64,000 bases of DNA from Planctomycetota bacterium (GCA_038060895.1 JBBTCT010000002.1:32001-96000), one strand, 5' to 3'; counted from the first letter of the stretch, positions 45,167-56,371 are shown. The notes: a model not told the origin generated them from the letters alone. Made by a program: numbers and translations.

Positions 45167-46033
45167 TCATCGGGGGCTGCCCGGCTTCGTCCGGTTCTGC
45201 TCCCTCCACTCCTGCCACTGCTCATACGTGGAAAGCGACAGTCCGGTGGATTCCTGCAGGGCCCTCAGGGAGCAGGCCCGCGCGGCGTCGAGGGACGCCG
45301 AAGTTTTTGCTCCGGCGGGCAGCGGCCCGAGGATGGCGACCAGCGGTTCGATCGCGGCCGGATCTCGGGCACGCAGGGCCTGGATGGCCGAGTAGATCCG
45401 AAGCGACGGGTCTGGTTCGGCGCTCCACCACTTGCGCAGCGGGGCGATCGCCTGGGGAACTCCTGGTTGCGCGGCGTGAGTGCGCCCCGGAGCGCCGGCG
45501 ACGGAGCCATCGGCGTTCTTTGCGATTGCGAGCCCGCGCTTTGCGAGCAACTCACGGCAGTTCGCGAAGGGTAGTTTCAGGGAGATCGACGGATTGACGA
45601 CATTCCCGGGCGCGGGATCGGCGGGATCCCAGTACTTGTCAAGCGAGTCGAGTTCTGCCGCCGAGGCAAAGAGCGCGTTGACCGCCGACTTGCGGACGAA
45701 GACCTGCCGGTCCTTGGCTAATCCGGACAGCAGCCGGACGGAGTCCACGGTGCGAAACCCGTTCCAGGCGAGGATCTCTAGAAGCCGCGCAAGCTTGATG
45801 CGCTTCACGTCGTTCGCGACAGTCGTAGGCCACAGCTTCAACACGGGCGGAACAGCGGCGGGCCCGAGCCAGGCGGCGTGCGGGAGCAGGACATTAAGGT
45901 CTGGGTCGGGCATGAACAGCGCGGCTTCGTACGAGTCGAGCACGGACTTATCCTCGGACGGCAGCGGTTTCTTGCTGCAGCCGGCGACGATCACGGCGGT
46001 GAGCAGGGCGAAGGCGGGGCCGCGCAAGAGCAC
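45167..46033 (-). CDS. Putative lipoprotein with HEAT-like repeats
   Basis: GAGGAG RBS before GTG; lipobox IVAGC. Confidence 0.65.
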   Translation of the reverse strand: MLLRGPAFALLTAVIVAGCSKKPLPSEDKSVLDSYEAALFMPDPDLNVLLPHAAWLGPAAVPPVLKLWPTTVANDVKRIKLARLLEILAWNGFRTVDSVRLLSGLAKDRQVFVRKSAVNALFASAAELDSLDKYWDPADPAPGNVVNPSISLKLPFANCRELLAKRGLAIAKNADGSVAGAPGRTHAAQPGVPQAIAPLRKWWSAEPDPSLRIYSAIQALRARDPAAIEPLVAILGPLPAGAKTSASLDAARACSLRALQESTGLSLSTYEQWQEWREQNRTKPGSPR

Positions 46034-46118
46034 TTCGGGAATTCTCCTCAGGGTTTCGACGGGAGAATACACGAGGGCGCAAGCGGCCGCACCATCGACC
46101 GTCAACGCGCGCCGCGCG

Positions 46119-48971
46119 TCATTTCTGCGCGCGCTTCTTCGCTTCCTTCAGCCGGTCCAGGTACCCGCCTTCTGCCACGGGTGGTGCTGGCTCCGCAGGC
46201 TTCGGCAGTTCCGCGGGAAGTTCGATTTCCGGCGCCCGAAACCCCGTGGGCGATTCCGCCGCCGGTGGCGCGGGTTCCCGTGCGGCCACAGGAAGCGCGT
46301 GCGCCTTGGCCGAGCGGAGCCGTTCGACGACGGCGTCCGCTTCCGTCACGACGGCCTTGATCCTCTTCCTGAGCCAGGCGTCGGGAATCCCGAGGCGGCG
46401 GGCGGCGACGTCGAGGAAGAGGCAGGAGAGGGCGAGGATGAGGAGGAAGCGCCAGAGTTCCTGGGGGACGCGGGCGGGGGCGGCGGTGTGGCGGAAGAGA
46501 TCGGGTTGTTTTTCGAGGAGGATGGGGCGGCCGCCGGTGAGTTCGGCGAGCCGCTTGAGGAGGGCGTGATTCGGGGAGGTCGCGCGGAATTCGGCGGGAT
46601 AGGGGATCAGGATCGGGATGCTGGCCTTCGGCGCCCACTCGCCGCCTTCCTCTTCAGCGATCGTCACGAACCACGAGCCCGACTGCGTGGCGGGGACATC
46701 GACTTCGTAGCGGCCGGGTCCGGTCTGGCGGACGGGGACTTCGAGGGAGCCGGCAGGCCCCGCGACGAATGCGCGAAGCTTGAGGAAGTCGCGGAAGCGG
46801 CCGTCGGAGCCGACGGCATCGACGCTGAGGTGGGCGCCGTTGGAGGTCAGCGAGGTGGCGACGGAGTAGGCGTCGGACTGCTGTTTCCGGAGGAGCCACC
46901 GCACCATCTGCGGCCAGAGCGTGCGATACCCGGGCCAACCGACCCAGTTGGCGGACCAGCGCGAGGTCGCGTCCGAAGTCCACGCGATGGAGCGGCCCAG
47001 GCCGTAGTGCCATTTCGCGAGAAGCGGATCGTTTTCCTCGGCCTCGAGGTGAACTTCCGCGGTCGGCTTCGGCACTGTTGAAACCCAGCCGAGAAGCGAC
47101 GGCGTCGAGTCCCATTTGACGCCCTCCATGAACTGTGCCGGCCGCGTGATCGTGGGCGTGAATTCTCGTTCGATGATCGTGGAGCGGGCGGCGGTGACGG
47201 TTTCCTCGGAGAAAAGCCGCGGGAGGTCCATCGGGTCGTCGGTGATGTAGTAGCGGCCGCCGCCCAGGGCCGCGATCGACTCGAGCCAGGCGGCGTCGCC
47301 GTCGGTGGGCTGGCCGATCGCGACGACGGAAAGCGTGATTCCCTCCGCGCCTGCAAGCCGGATCATCTCCTCGACGCCCTCGTGCTCCTCGGCGTCGGCC
47401 GCGTCGGCGAAGAGAATGGCGTGTCGCGCCTGCGCGGTGGCGGTGGAGAGTTCCTCGAACATGTCGCGGATCGCGGTGGCGCAGTAAATGCCTCCGCCTC
47501 CCTGCTGGAGGCTCATGATCGTCGCTTCGATTCCTTCGCGATCGTCGATCTGCTGAAGCGGAATGAGCCAGGTCGTCGCGGTGTCCGTCGTGCAGACGGC
47601 GATCTGGTCGCGTTCGTTGAGGACGCGGAGGCATTCGGTCGCGCCTTCGCCGGCGAGCTCGAGTTTCGTGCGGCCGTCGGAAACCCTCGCGGACATGGAG
47701 CCTGAAGAGTCGATCGCGATGGCCATGGCGAGCGACGCGAGGCGCTTGAGCTGGCGGACGTCCATGTCCACGGGGAGGCACGTCTCGACAGCGGTGCGCT
47801 GCCACGCGCCCGACCCGAACGAGGCGTCGCCGCCGATCATCGCGAAGCCGCCGCCGAGGTCGTGGACGTACTGGCGGATCGCTTCGTGCTGCGCCTTGGA
47901 GAGCTGGCGCGAGTGGATGTCGCACATGAGGATGGCGTCGAACGCGTCCATCTCCGCCAGCGAGAGCGGAAATCCCGCCGGACCGCGCACCTCGACGTCG
48001 ATCCCGGCGTCGCGCAGGCAGCCCGCGAGCGCGTCGGCTTCGCCGTCCTTGCCGGCCAGGAAGAGCACCCGGCTGGGGCCGGAAACGCGGGTGTGCGCCC
48101 GGCCGACGTTGTTCTCGCGCCACGAGTCGCGCCCGTCGGGGACCTCGATGAACACCTCGAAGTCGAGCGCGCCGCCCGCCTCCTCCTCGGTCGCCTTCAG
48201 CGCGAACGTCTGCGGCCACGTTCCCTTTTTCACCGTGCGCTTCACCGGGGCGAGCGGCACGCGGTTTTTCACGATCCGGAAGACCGCTTCCGTCTCATCC
48301 GACGCCGTCACGATCGCCGTCAGCTCGTAAGGCTCCTTCGGCGACACGCGCGTCGGCGACAGCACGCGGTCCACCCGCACCTCCGCGCGCGACTCCCGTC
48401 CCAGCGCCGCCGTCCATACCTCCGCACCGCGCGCGCGCGCCGCCAGCGCTTCCGCCGCGGCGTCGCCCGAGTTCTCGTTCCCGTCGGAGAGCAGCACGAT
48501 CCGTTTCTGCGCCCATTCCGGGCACGCCGCGGCGGCAAGCCGCAGTGCGCGCGCGATGTCGGTCGATTCCGGGGAGATCACGGAGTGCACCTTGTCGAGA
48601 TTCAGCCGCGGCGCGGGCGAGACCTCGACGGACGCCTCTTTCCCGAATACGACCAGCCCCACCGACTCGCGCCGGCCGGCTTCCCTGGCCGTCTCCTGCA
48701 CCCACGCAAGTGCGCGCGCTTCGTCCTCCGTCGTCACCGAGCGCGAGCGGTCGATCACGAAAATGACGGCAAGCTCGTCCGAAAGACGGACCTGACGGAG
48801 CCCCGCCACGGCGAACGCGAGCGAGATGACCGCAACGGCGCGAAGGACGCTCGAGGTCCAGAAGCGGCCAGGGACGAGGCGCAGGCGAGTGGACCGGGCG
48901 AGATAAATGACGGGGACCAGCGCGAGAAGCGCGAGCAGGCCCCAGGGGCGCGTGAAGTCGAAGGGAATCAT
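46119..48971 (-). CDS. Membrane protein with two vWA domains and a GATase-like domain
   Basis: MIDAS motifs DRSRS and DSSGS, LLSDGNEN, GGGFAMIGG and YGLGRSIAWTSD; TM helices at both ends. Confidence 0.88.
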   Translation of the reverse strand: MIPFDFTRPWGLLALLALVPVIYLARSTRLRLVPGRFWTSSVLRAVAVISLAFAVAGLRQVRLSDELAVIFVIDRSRSVTTEDEARALAWVQETAREAGRRESVGLVVFGKEASVEVSPAPRLNLDKVHSVISPESTDIARALRLAAAACPEWAQKRIVLLSDGNENSGDAAAEALAARARGAEVWTAALGRESRAEVRVDRVLSPTRVSPKEPYELTAIVTASDETEAVFRIVKNRVPLAPVKRTVKKGTWPQTFALKATEEEAGGALDFEVFIEVPDGRDSWRENNVGRAHTRVSGPSRVLFLAGKDGEADALAGCLRDAGIDVEVRGPAGFPLSLAEMDAFDAILMCDIHSRQLSKAQHEAIRQYVHDLGGGFAMIGGDASFGSGAWQRTAVETCLPVDMDVRQLKRLASLAMAIAIDSSGSMSARVSDGRTKLELAGEGATECLRVLNERDQIAVCTTDTATTWLIPLQQIDDREGIEATIMSLQQGGGGIYCATAIRDMFEELSTATAQARHAILFADAADAEEHEGVEEMIRLAGAEGITLSVVAIGQPTDGDAAWLESIAALGGGRYYITDDPMDLPRLFSEETVTAARSTIIEREFTPTITRPAQFMEGVKWDSTPSLLGWVSTVPKPTAEVHLEAEENDPLLAKWHYGLGRSIAWTSDATSRWSANWVGWPGYRTLWPQMVRWLLRKQQSDAYSVATSLTSNGAHLSVDAVGSDGRFRDFLKLRAFVAGPAGSLEVPVRQTGPGRYEVDVPATQSGSWFVTIAEEEGGEWAPKASIPILIPYPAEFRATSPNHALLKRLAELTGGRPILLEKQPDLFRHTAAPARVPQELWRFLLILALSCLFLDVAARRLGIPDAWLRKRIKAVVTEADAVVERLRSAKAHALPVAAREPAPPAAESPTGFRAPEIELPAELPKPAEPAPPVAEGGYLDRLKEAKKRAQK

Positions 48972-50701
48972 CGGCGCACCCGGGCTTCAAGCGCGGAGAC
49001 GGCGCCCGCGAGGCTCGCCGCGGCGATGGCGGCCGAGGCGGCGAGGAAAATCAGGGACGCCAGGAGGTGGGGCTTCGCCATCGATCCGTCCGACGCCGCC
49101 GAGACGCTTCGGAGAATGATGCCGAACGGATTCAGCGACGTCAGCAGGGGGGCGCTTCCCCGGAACGGCAGCGCGGCGAGGGAAGGCACGGCCCAGAGGA
49201 CGAAGAGAGATCCGGCGGCGGCGGCGGCGGCGCGCTGGGGGCGGCCGACGGCGAGGGAAGCGGCGCAGGCGAGGGTGAAGGGGACGACGAGTCCGGCGAG
49301 GAAAGCGGCGGCGGCGAGGGGGCCGAAGCGGCCGAGGGTGACGGCGGCGAAGGCGGCGTGGAGGAGGGCGACGGCGAGGGCGGGGGAGATGGAGCGGAGG
49401 GACGCGAGGACTTTGCCGCGGAGGATTTCGCGAGCGGGGAGGCCTGTGGCGAGGAGGATGGGGAGGGTTCCCTGGTCGCGTTCGGGACCGAGGGTGGAGG
49501 CGCCGGCGCCGATGGTGAGGATGATGGCGATGAGGAGATCGAAGGTGAGGAGGAAGTGTCCTGCCGCGGGCGGCGCGGCGCCGGAAGCGGCGAGACTGAT
49601 GACCCAGTAGAGGCCGTTGGCAGCGAGAGAGCCGCCGCAGACGATGGCGGCGAACACGGTGAGCACCTGGCGAGCGGGACTGTCGTCGAACGCGCGGTCT
49701 TTCCAGTACACAGGATTCCCGCTGATGGGGAGGCGGGAGTTGCGCCAGGGCGCGAAGGCCGGTGAGGGCGGCGCGACCGCCGGGGGACGGGGCGGGCCTG
49801 AAGCCGGCTGGGCCAGGGTGACCGGCACCATGGCGTTCGCCGGTGCCGCCGGGCGCGCGAAGAACGCCATCGGAATTGAAGGCGAGTCCTTGCGCGGCGG
49901 AAGCGCGAGCCCGCCGCGGCTCCGGGGAGAACGCGCGTTCCGGAGAACGGTCGAAGCGATGGCGAGCGCGCCGGCCGCTTCCGCCAGATGCGCGCCCCAC
50001 GCCAGTCCCCTGTCGATCCAGGTCACGGAGCGGGCCATGAAGGAGTCGCGGATGGCGACGGACCAGGGGCAGAGGAGCGAGAAGGCGGGAAACGCCCAGG
50101 ATTTCCCGGCGAAGCCGCCCACGGCCGCCATGGCGAACATTCCCAGCACGGCGGAGAGCGCGCTGAACATGATGAGCGTGACGAGGGCGAGGCCGGTGGC
50201 GGTGCCGGCGCGATCGCTGGAAGCGGACATGAGGATGGAGATGGAAGCGGCGAAGAAGCCGTGGAGCATGAGGCCGATGGTCGTGGTGAGCAGGAGGAGC
50301 GGCGTGGTGCCGCCGAGGAGGAGGGAGGCGACGCCGACCGGAAGCCCGGCGGCGAGCGTTGCGGCGGTGAGTGCGCCGTTGGCGACGAGCTTCCCGGCGA
50401 CGATGTCGAAGTCGGTGACCGGCGCGACCGAGAGCAGGTCGAGCGTCGCGCGTTCCCGCTCCCACGCGATCGCGGGGGCCACCATCGCAGGAATCAGCAC
50501 GAATCCCGCGACGAACTCTGACCAGAAGAAGATCTGGAAGAGCGCCTGCCCGCGGACCTGGAAGCCGGACGCTTCGCCGGACCAGGGCCACGCGATCGCG
50601 GCGGCCGAGGCGAGGAAGACGGCGAGGCCGGCGCGCAGGGCCCACGTCCGCGGGGAGCGGGAGAGGTGGATGAGTTCGCCGGCGAGGATGGGGGATCGCA
50701 T
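48968..50701 (-). CDS. ABC-2-type transporter permease (duplicated membrane domain)
   Basis: ERERATLDLL, GKL, NPVYW and ERDQGTLPILLATG motifs. Confidence 0.82.
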   Translation of the reverse strand: MRSPILAGELIHLSRSPRTWALRAGLAVFLASAAAIAWPWSGEASGFQVRGQALFQIFFWSEFVAGFVLIPAMVAPAIAWERERATLDLLSVAPVTDFDIVAGKLVANGALTAATLAAGLPVGVASLLLGGTTPLLLLTTTIGLMLHGFFAASISILMSASSDRAGTATGLALVTLIMFSALSAVLGMFAMAAVGGFAGKSWAFPAFSLLCPWSVAIRDSFMARSVTWIDRGLAWGAHLAEAAGALAIASTVLRNARSPRSRGGLALPPRKDSPSIPMAFFARPAAPANAMVPVTLAQPASGPPRPPAVAPPSPAFAPWRNSRLPISGNPVYWKDRAFDDSPARQVLTVFAAIVCGGSLAANGLYWVISLAASGAAPPAAGHFLLTFDLLIAIILTIGAGASTLGPERDQGTLPILLATGLPAREILRGKVLASLRSISPALAVALLHAAFAAVTLGRFGPLAAAAFLAGLVVPFTLACAASLAVGRPQRAAAAAAGSLFVLWAVPSLAALPFRGSAPLLTSLNPFGIILRSVSAASDGSMAKPHLLASLIFLAASAAIAAASLAGAVSALEARVRR

Positions 50702-52554
50702 CAAGCGCGCATTCTCCGCTCCATTCCCCAGGTCACCAGCAGGAAAGGGCCGACGGACGTGGCGAGCGTCACGGCGAGGAACAGGGCCGCGGGATCGTGC
50801 GGAACTGACAGCGGCGCGCCGCGCTGGAAGATTTCCGTCATCAGCGCGAAAGGCTGTGCATCGCGGAAAAGGGTCTGCGCGCGCGGCCAGGATTCCGCGA
50901 TGAGCGGCGGCACCCCCCAGAGCAGGAATGGCAGTACGAGGGAGAGCGGAAGCGCCAGTCGCTGGCGCCGCGCAAAATAGGAAGCGCAGACGGCGATGCC
51001 CGCGACGGAGGCAACCGTAAGCCCGGCGATCAACGCGAGCACCGGCCCGAGCCACCCGACGTCGATCGTGATGAGCCCGAGGTGCAGAAACGTCACGAGC
51101 CCGATCGGCCACGACTTGAGGAACGCCGCGCGCAGCTTCCCGGCCAGCACGCGGTGGGCGGGGTACCCGGTGTTGAGGAGAAGCGAAAGCGTCCCCTTTT
51201 CGAACTCCGGCGCGAGCGTCGAGGCGCTGTTCAGGGTGACGATGAGCGCGAGCAGGGCCGTCTCGAAGACGATGCCGCCGTGGCTGCCTCCCCACAAGGC
51301 GCCGCGGTCGTAGCCCGGCGAAATCGCCGGGATGATGCAGATCGCCGCGACCGCGGCGGCCCAGTATCCGACGCGCGCGTTCTCGTGCTCGTCGTGTCGC
51401 AGCGTCTCGCGCCAGTAGACCGGATTTCCCAGGATCGGAAGCCGCGGCGTCCAGAGCAGGCCGGGGCCTCGCCCCGGACGCTTCAGCGCCGCGTGCGGCA
51501 ACGGCTTCTCCGGCTCTTCTTCAGCAGGTTCTTTCGGCTTCACTCGCGCCTTCGCCGCTCCCGGCCGTGCGGCGACGGCTCGTCCCTCGTCTTCGCCGGA
51601 GGATCGGGTGTGGGCGGAGAGGTGCGAAGCGATGCGCGGATCGAGAAGTCCTCGCAGGACGATGGCGATGGCGAAGAGATGGACGAACCAGGCGGCCTGG
51701 ATGCGGAAGGTTTTCGGAATGAGGGCATCGACGGCGGCGCGCTTGTAGATGAGCCAGGGACAGAAGAGTTCGAGGAAGAGAGGATCGGCTGGGAGACGGG
51801 ATCCGTAGCGGGTGGGTGGTTTGGAGTCGAAGAGCGAGTAAATGACGATGGCGGCGGCCGTGGCGGCGAAGGCGGCCACGAAAGGCGCGCGGCCTCGGAA
51901 CCAGGCGTAGGCGGCCATGCCGATCAGGAATCCCGCGACGAGGAGGGAGATCCCGGTGTACGCCGGCTTGCCGTAGGCCGTGACGACGGCCCCGAGGATC
52001 CAGGTGACCAGGAACAGGCCGCCGTTGAGGAGCACGGCCGAGCGAGCCGCGTTGGCGCTCTTCGAAGCGGTGATCGAGACGCGGATCGCGATGGCGGCGG
52101 AGAGGCCGGCGGTGAGCGCGATGCCGACGCAGGCGAAGAGGGCGCGATCGAGGCTGATGCCGCCGAAGGCGACGGCGGCGAAGCCGAGGGGGAAGAGCGC
52201 GCCGAGGATGCCGGCGGCCTGGGCGAGCTGTGAGCCGTACTTGCCGACGAGGACGTCCCGTTCCGTCTGCGGGCATGCGAGAAGCAGTTCGAGTGTTCCG
52301 CGTTCGCGCTCGACGGGGATGTCCGTCGCGACGATCGCGGGGACCACGAACAGCGCGAGCGCCATCTCGGCCCACCAGAACACGGGGAACAGGCTCGCGA
52401 ATGCCGCGTCGATCTGTGAAGCCTCCGCGCCCCACGGAACGCTCAATGCGGCGATGGCGAGGGTGGCGGCGAAAAGGACGGAGCGGGTCACGGTGGTGCG
52501 CGGCGCCTGGCCGAGGCGGGTGAGTTCGTGGCGGAGGAGGACGAGGCGTGTCAC
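50701..52554 (-). CDS. ABC-2-type transporter permease (duplicated membrane domain)
   Basis: ERERGTLELLLACP, NPVYW and EFEKGTLSLLLNTGYP motifs; GTGA overlap. Confidence 0.82.
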   Translation of the reverse strand: MTRLVLLRHELTRLGQAPRTTVTRSVLFAATLAIAALSVPWGAEASQIDAAFASLFPVFWWAEMALALFVVPAIVATDIPVERERGTLELLLACPQTERDVLVGKYGSQLAQAAGILGALFPLGFAAVAFGGISLDRALFACVGIALTAGLSAAIAIRVSITASKSANAARSAVLLNGGLFLVTWILGAVVTAYGKPAYTGISLLVAGFLIGMAAYAWFRGRAPFVAAFAATAAAIVIYSLFDSKPPTRYGSRLPADPLFLELFCPWLIYKRAAVDALIPKTFRIQAAWFVHLFAIAIVLRGLLDPRIASHLSAHTRSSGEDEGRAVAARPGAAKARVKPKEPAEEEPEKPLPHAALKRPGRGPGLLWTPRLPILGNPVYWRETLRHDEHENARVGYWAAAVAAICIIPAISPGYDRGALWGGSHGGIVFETALLALIVTLNSASTLAPEFEKGTLSLLLNTGYPAHRVLAGKLRAAFLKSWPIGLVTFLHLGLITIDVGWLGPVLALIAGLTVASVAGIAVCASYFARRQRLALPLSLVLPFLLWGVPPLIAESWPRAQTLFRDAQPFALMTEIFQRGAPLSVPHDPAALFLAVTLATSVGPFLLVTWGMERRMRA

Positions 52555-54446
52555 CGGCGCACCTGCTTTTCGAGCGAGAGCGAAGCGGCCAGGGGCGGAA
52601 GGAGGCCGCAGGCCAGGGTGACCGCGGCAAAGAGCTGCAGACGCAGGAACGCCATGTTTCCGAACCAGCTTGTTTCTTCGAGGCCGCGCAGGTCCTCGAG
52701 CACGACGAAGGGGTTTGTGCCGCCCAGCCAGTCCAGGTGCTGCCACCGGCCCGCGGAAATCGCCGGCACGAACCAGATCGTGACGAGCGCGCCGACGGCG
52801 GCCGCGAACGCGAGGCGGGGCTTGCGCGTTCCGGCGGACGTGCCGACGGCGATGCCCAGGGACGAGAGCGCGGTGGCGGCAACGACGAAGGTGATTCCCG
52901 CGCCCTCGGCGCCGGAGGACAGGATGATGGCGCCGAGCTGAATGGCGACGGGGATGAACACCGGCAGGCACCAGCGCAGCGCGGCACGGGCTTTTCCGGA
53001 CACGATCCGGAGCGCCGGGTAGCCGGTCGAGAGGAGCACCGGCAAGGTCCCGTCGGCGCGCTCCTTTGAAAGCGTCGTCGATCCGGCCGCCAGCGCGACG
53101 ATGGTGACCAGCAGGAGCGACAGGTGGACGTCCAAACGTGTCTCGTACTGTCGCCTCCCCGCTGTTTCCAGCACGACCGCCCCGATCGCCACCATCCACG
53201 CGCCGACGATCGCGGCGGTGCGCAGGCGGTTGAGCGCCGGGAAGCGCGGCCACGACGTCTCCATCCAGTAGACCGGGTCAGGGCCGACGGGGAGGAACGG
53301 ATTGGTCTTGAGAGGGTTCGTGACGTCCGCGCGCGGGTGAAGCGCCAGCGTGACGACGCCTTCGCGATCGGGCTCGATCCCGAGCTCCCGGTCCCGGCGG
53401 CGCCGCTGTTCGCGCCAGGAGGACCTGAAGTGTTCGATGCGCACCTGGCGCTCGGACGCGGCGGCGCGCGAGCCCAGGAGGAGCGAATCGGAACTGCCGC
53501 TGCGCGCCGCCTGGGCGAGAACAGCGATGCTGGCGGCGGCGTGGACGATCCAGACGAGGACGATGGTGTTCCTCTCCAGCGGAAGGGAGCCAAGGGCGTC
53601 GTCCTTGTACGCGAACCAGGGACAACCGGCCGGGAGAACCCAGTCCCAGCCCATCGTAAGGCGGGGAAAATTCATGCCGCATACGAAGGCCGCCATGATG
53701 AGGAGCCCGGCTGCGACGAAGACACAGCCTTTCGGAAACTCAGCGGTCCATTTCCAGCGGAGCCAGATTCCGATGCCCAGCACCGTCGCGAGAACGGCGA
53801 TCGGAACCTCCGACTTTGTCACGAGGACCATCTCGATCGCGGTGAAAAGGAAGAAGCTCGCGACCACGATCACCACGTGCGTCCCGACCGCCGAAGCCAT
53901 CGCCGCCACGGCGCTTCCCCACTTCAGCGAACTTCGCACCGCGATGCACGACGCGAATGTGGCGGTCATGATGATATGAACGCACGCGGAAGCGGCGCGT
54001 TCGAGCGGAACGCCGCCGAGGAGGACGCTGGCGAACGCGACGGGGAAACCCGCGGCGAGCACGGCGATGACGAGAATCGCGTGCGACGCGAGTTTCCCCA
54101 TCACGAGGCGCCCTTCCGGCTCCGGGCAGGTGACGAGCAGGTCCAGGGTCCCCGCTTCGCGTTCCGCCGGAATCGCGGGGGCGACGAGCGCGGGGACGAC
54201 GAAGATGGCGAGCAGCATTTCGGCCTGGAAGAACACCGTGAAGATCTCCGAGCTGCTGCTGAGCATTTCCTGTTTCCCGGCGGCATTCCAGGGCCAGATC
54301 ATCGCGGCGAAGGCGAGGAGGATGGCGACGAAGAGCATGCGGACGAGATGGGGGCGCGGGGCGCGGGCAAGCCGGGAGAGCTCGAAGGCCAGGTGGGGGC
54401 CGCGAAGGAGAAACGAAGAGGGCGCCGTACGCGGGCGGATGGTCAT
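52551..54446 (-). CDS. ABC-2-type transporter permease (duplicated membrane domain)
   Basis: EREAGTLDLLVTCP, DPVYW and ERADGTLPVLLSTGYP motifs. Confidence 0.82.
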   Translation of the reverse strand: MTIRPRTAPSSFLLRGPHLAFELSRLARAPRPHLVRMLFVAILLAFAAMIWPWNAAGKQEMLSSSSEIFTVFFQAEMLLAIFVVPALVAPAIPAEREAGTLDLLVTCPEPEGRLVMGKLASHAILVIAVLAAGFPVAFASVLLGGVPLERAASACVHIIMTATFASCIAVRSSLKWGSAVAAMASAVGTHVVIVVASFFLFTAIEMVLVTKSEVPIAVLATVLGIGIWLRWKWTAEFPKGCVFVAAGLLIMAAFVCGMNFPRLTMGWDWVLPAGCPWFAYKDDALGSLPLERNTIVLVWIVHAAASIAVLAQAARSGSSDSLLLGSRAAASERQVRIEHFRSSWREQRRRRDRELGIEPDREGVVTLALHPRADVTNPLKTNPFLPVGPDPVYWMETSWPRFPALNRLRTAAIVGAWMVAIGAVVLETAGRRQYETRLDVHLSLLLVTIVALAAGSTTLSKERADGTLPVLLSTGYPALRIVSGKARAALRWCLPVFIPVAIQLGAIILSSGAEGAGITFVVAATALSSLGIAVGTSAGTRKPRLAFAAAVGALVTIWFVPAISAGRWQHLDWLGGTNPFVVLEDLRGLEETSWFGNMAFLRLQLFAAVTLACGLLPPLAASLSLEKQVRR

Positions 54447-56371
54447 GAGCGCGACACCTGCTCGACGGAAAGCGACGCGATGACGAAAGCCGCTGCCGCG
54501 ATCGTGACCTGGCACATGAGCCAGAGGGGCAGCCCCGGCATTTCGGGGCGGGACCAGGGACGGTGGCCTTCCAGCGTAATGAACAGCATCCCGACGGGAG
54601 ACAGCCAGCTTCGGTCGGTCTGCGCCTTGTCGAGCAGCTCGAGAAAGAACGGACCCGCCCACAGCGCGATGCCTGCGACGAAGGAACCTGCGACGGCGGC
54701 CCGGGGATTCGGGATGAACGAAGCGACGGCGACGGAAACGAAAGCGAGCGCGGCGATGGACGTCGCGAAAATCGCAAGGGCCGAGAGGCCGTCCTTCGGG
54801 CTTCCGAGGACACAAAGGCCGATCCTGAGAAGGGTCAGCACCACGGGCGCGCGGAGGTGCCAGAGGACCGCCAGGAACTTTCCCAGGACGACGCTTCGCG
54901 CCGGGTACCCGCAACTCAGCAGGATGGCAAGATTCCCGGAGTCGCGTTCCTTCGAGAAGACGGAGGCGCACATCGGCGCCACCACGAGGCCGAGAAAGGC
55001 GAGGTCGATTACGAGGGTCTGGTGGACGCCACGGGACCTGTTTCCTTCGAAGAGGACGAGAAGCATCGGGATCGTCAGGAGGCCACAGATCGAGACGACA
55101 ATCCCGATGAGGCAGCCTGAGACGGGATTCTTCGCGATCCGGACGTCTTTCCAGAGAACCGGGTTGTCCCAGACGGGAAGTGCGGAGCTGGCGGACTTGC
55201 GTCGCTTCCAGTGGGCCTGTTCCGAATCGGCTCCGGCCTGCGGTTTCGCGGCGGCGCGGAGGTACTTCGGCCTGGGGCCGTGAAGCGCGTCGCTGGGCGA
55301 GATGACGCCGGCGTCGAAGAAGTGGACCTTCGACGGTGCGGGCGGCGGCGGCGCGGATCGCGGGGCGGGGGCGCGGACTGCGGAGAGGTTCAGGGGCCTG
55401 CTCGGGGCCGGGCGATCCTCCGGGAGGATCTCCAGGCCGCGTTTCAGGACGATGCGCCGCAGCACGAACAGGGCGACGACGCAGAAAACAAAGTGGGAAC
55501 CCCACGCGAGGTGACGGGCAATCGGGTCGAGAGGATTCTCGAACGCAAGATCGGAAACGGAAGCTCCCCAGGGGCAGAGAACCGCGAGGAACCGATCGAC
55601 AATCGGGGACGAGACCGGGCTTCCTCCCATTCGAAACGACACCTGGATCCAGCCGATCAGCCCCGAGAGGCCGAGAAGAACGGCGCCGACGGCGCCCGCA
55701 ACGCGGACGCGGACCATCACGCCGAGCAGCGCCGCAAGGGCGCCGACGAAAAAGAACCCCAGCATCCATTCCTGGTTTTCCCAGGAGGACCAGAGCGACA
55801 GCGCAACGTAGCTCACGACCGCCCCAAGGCCCGTGATGCTGATGAGCCAGGTGAAGGCCGTCGTCGTGGCTTCCACCGCCGTGCGCCCGGTCACCGACGA
55901 CGCCAGCGCCACCGTGACCGAAAAAGTCCCCATCAGCGCCGCATGCGCCATCGCCATCGCCGCCAGCTTGAGCGGCGCGCCGCCGATCACCATCGCTCCC
56001 ACCGCGAAGGGCGCGCCGGCCAGCAGAAGCGAAAGCCCCCACGCCGCGTGCGACATCCCGCGGCCGAAGACGAGGTCCGAGTCCGACTGAGGGCAGGCCG
56101 TAAGCAGGTCCAGCGTTCCCTTCTCCCGCTCCCCCGCGATCGCCGGCGCCACGAACGCCGGGATGAAGATCGCCGCCGCGATCAGCTCCAGCCACACGAA
56201 CGCCAGCATCATCGAGCGCCCCGCCGTCGGGGACAGACGGAGCCCTTCCCACGGGAAAACCAGTGCCGTGATGAACAGCAGCACCCCCACGAACGCGAAC
56301 CGGACCCCGTGAGTGCGCCAGCCCCGCGCCATGCGGAAAAGATCTTCCCGCAGCATCGTCGAACCGATCAC
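54443..56371 (-). CDS. ABC-2-type transporter permease (duplicated membrane domain)
   Basis: EREKGTLDLLTACP, NPVLW and ERDSGNLAILLSCGYP motifs. Confidence 0.82.
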   Translation of the reverse strand: MIGSTMLREDLFRMARGWRTHGVRFAFVGVLLFITALVFPWEGLRLSPTAGRSMMLAFVWLELIAAAIFIPAFVAPAIAGEREKGTLDLLTACPQSDSDLVFGRGMSHAAWGLSLLLAGAPFAVGAMVIGGAPLKLAAMAMAHAALMGTFSVTVALASSVTGRTAVEATTTAFTWLISITGLGAVVSYVALSLWSSWENQEWMLGFFFVGALAALLGVMVRVRVAGAVGAVLLGLSGLIGWIQVSFRMGGSPVSSPIVDRFLAVLCPWGASVSDLAFENPLDPIARHLAWGSHFVFCVVALFVLRRIVLKRGLEILPEDRPAPSRPLNLSAVRAPAPRSAPPPPAPSKVHFFDAGVISPSDALHGPRPKYLRAAAKPQAGADSEQAHWKRRKSASSALPVWDNPVLWKDVRIAKNPVSGCLIGIVVSICGLLTIPMLLVLFEGNRSRGVHQTLVIDLAFLGLVVAPMCASVFSKERDSGNLAILLSCGYPARSVVLGKFLAVLWHLRAPVVLTLLRIGLCVLGSPKDGLSALAIFATSIAALAFVSVAVASFIPNPRAAVAGSFVAGIALWAGPFFLELLDKAQTDRSWLSPVGMLFITLEGHRPWSRPEMPGLPLWLMCQVTIAAAAFVIASLSVEQVSRS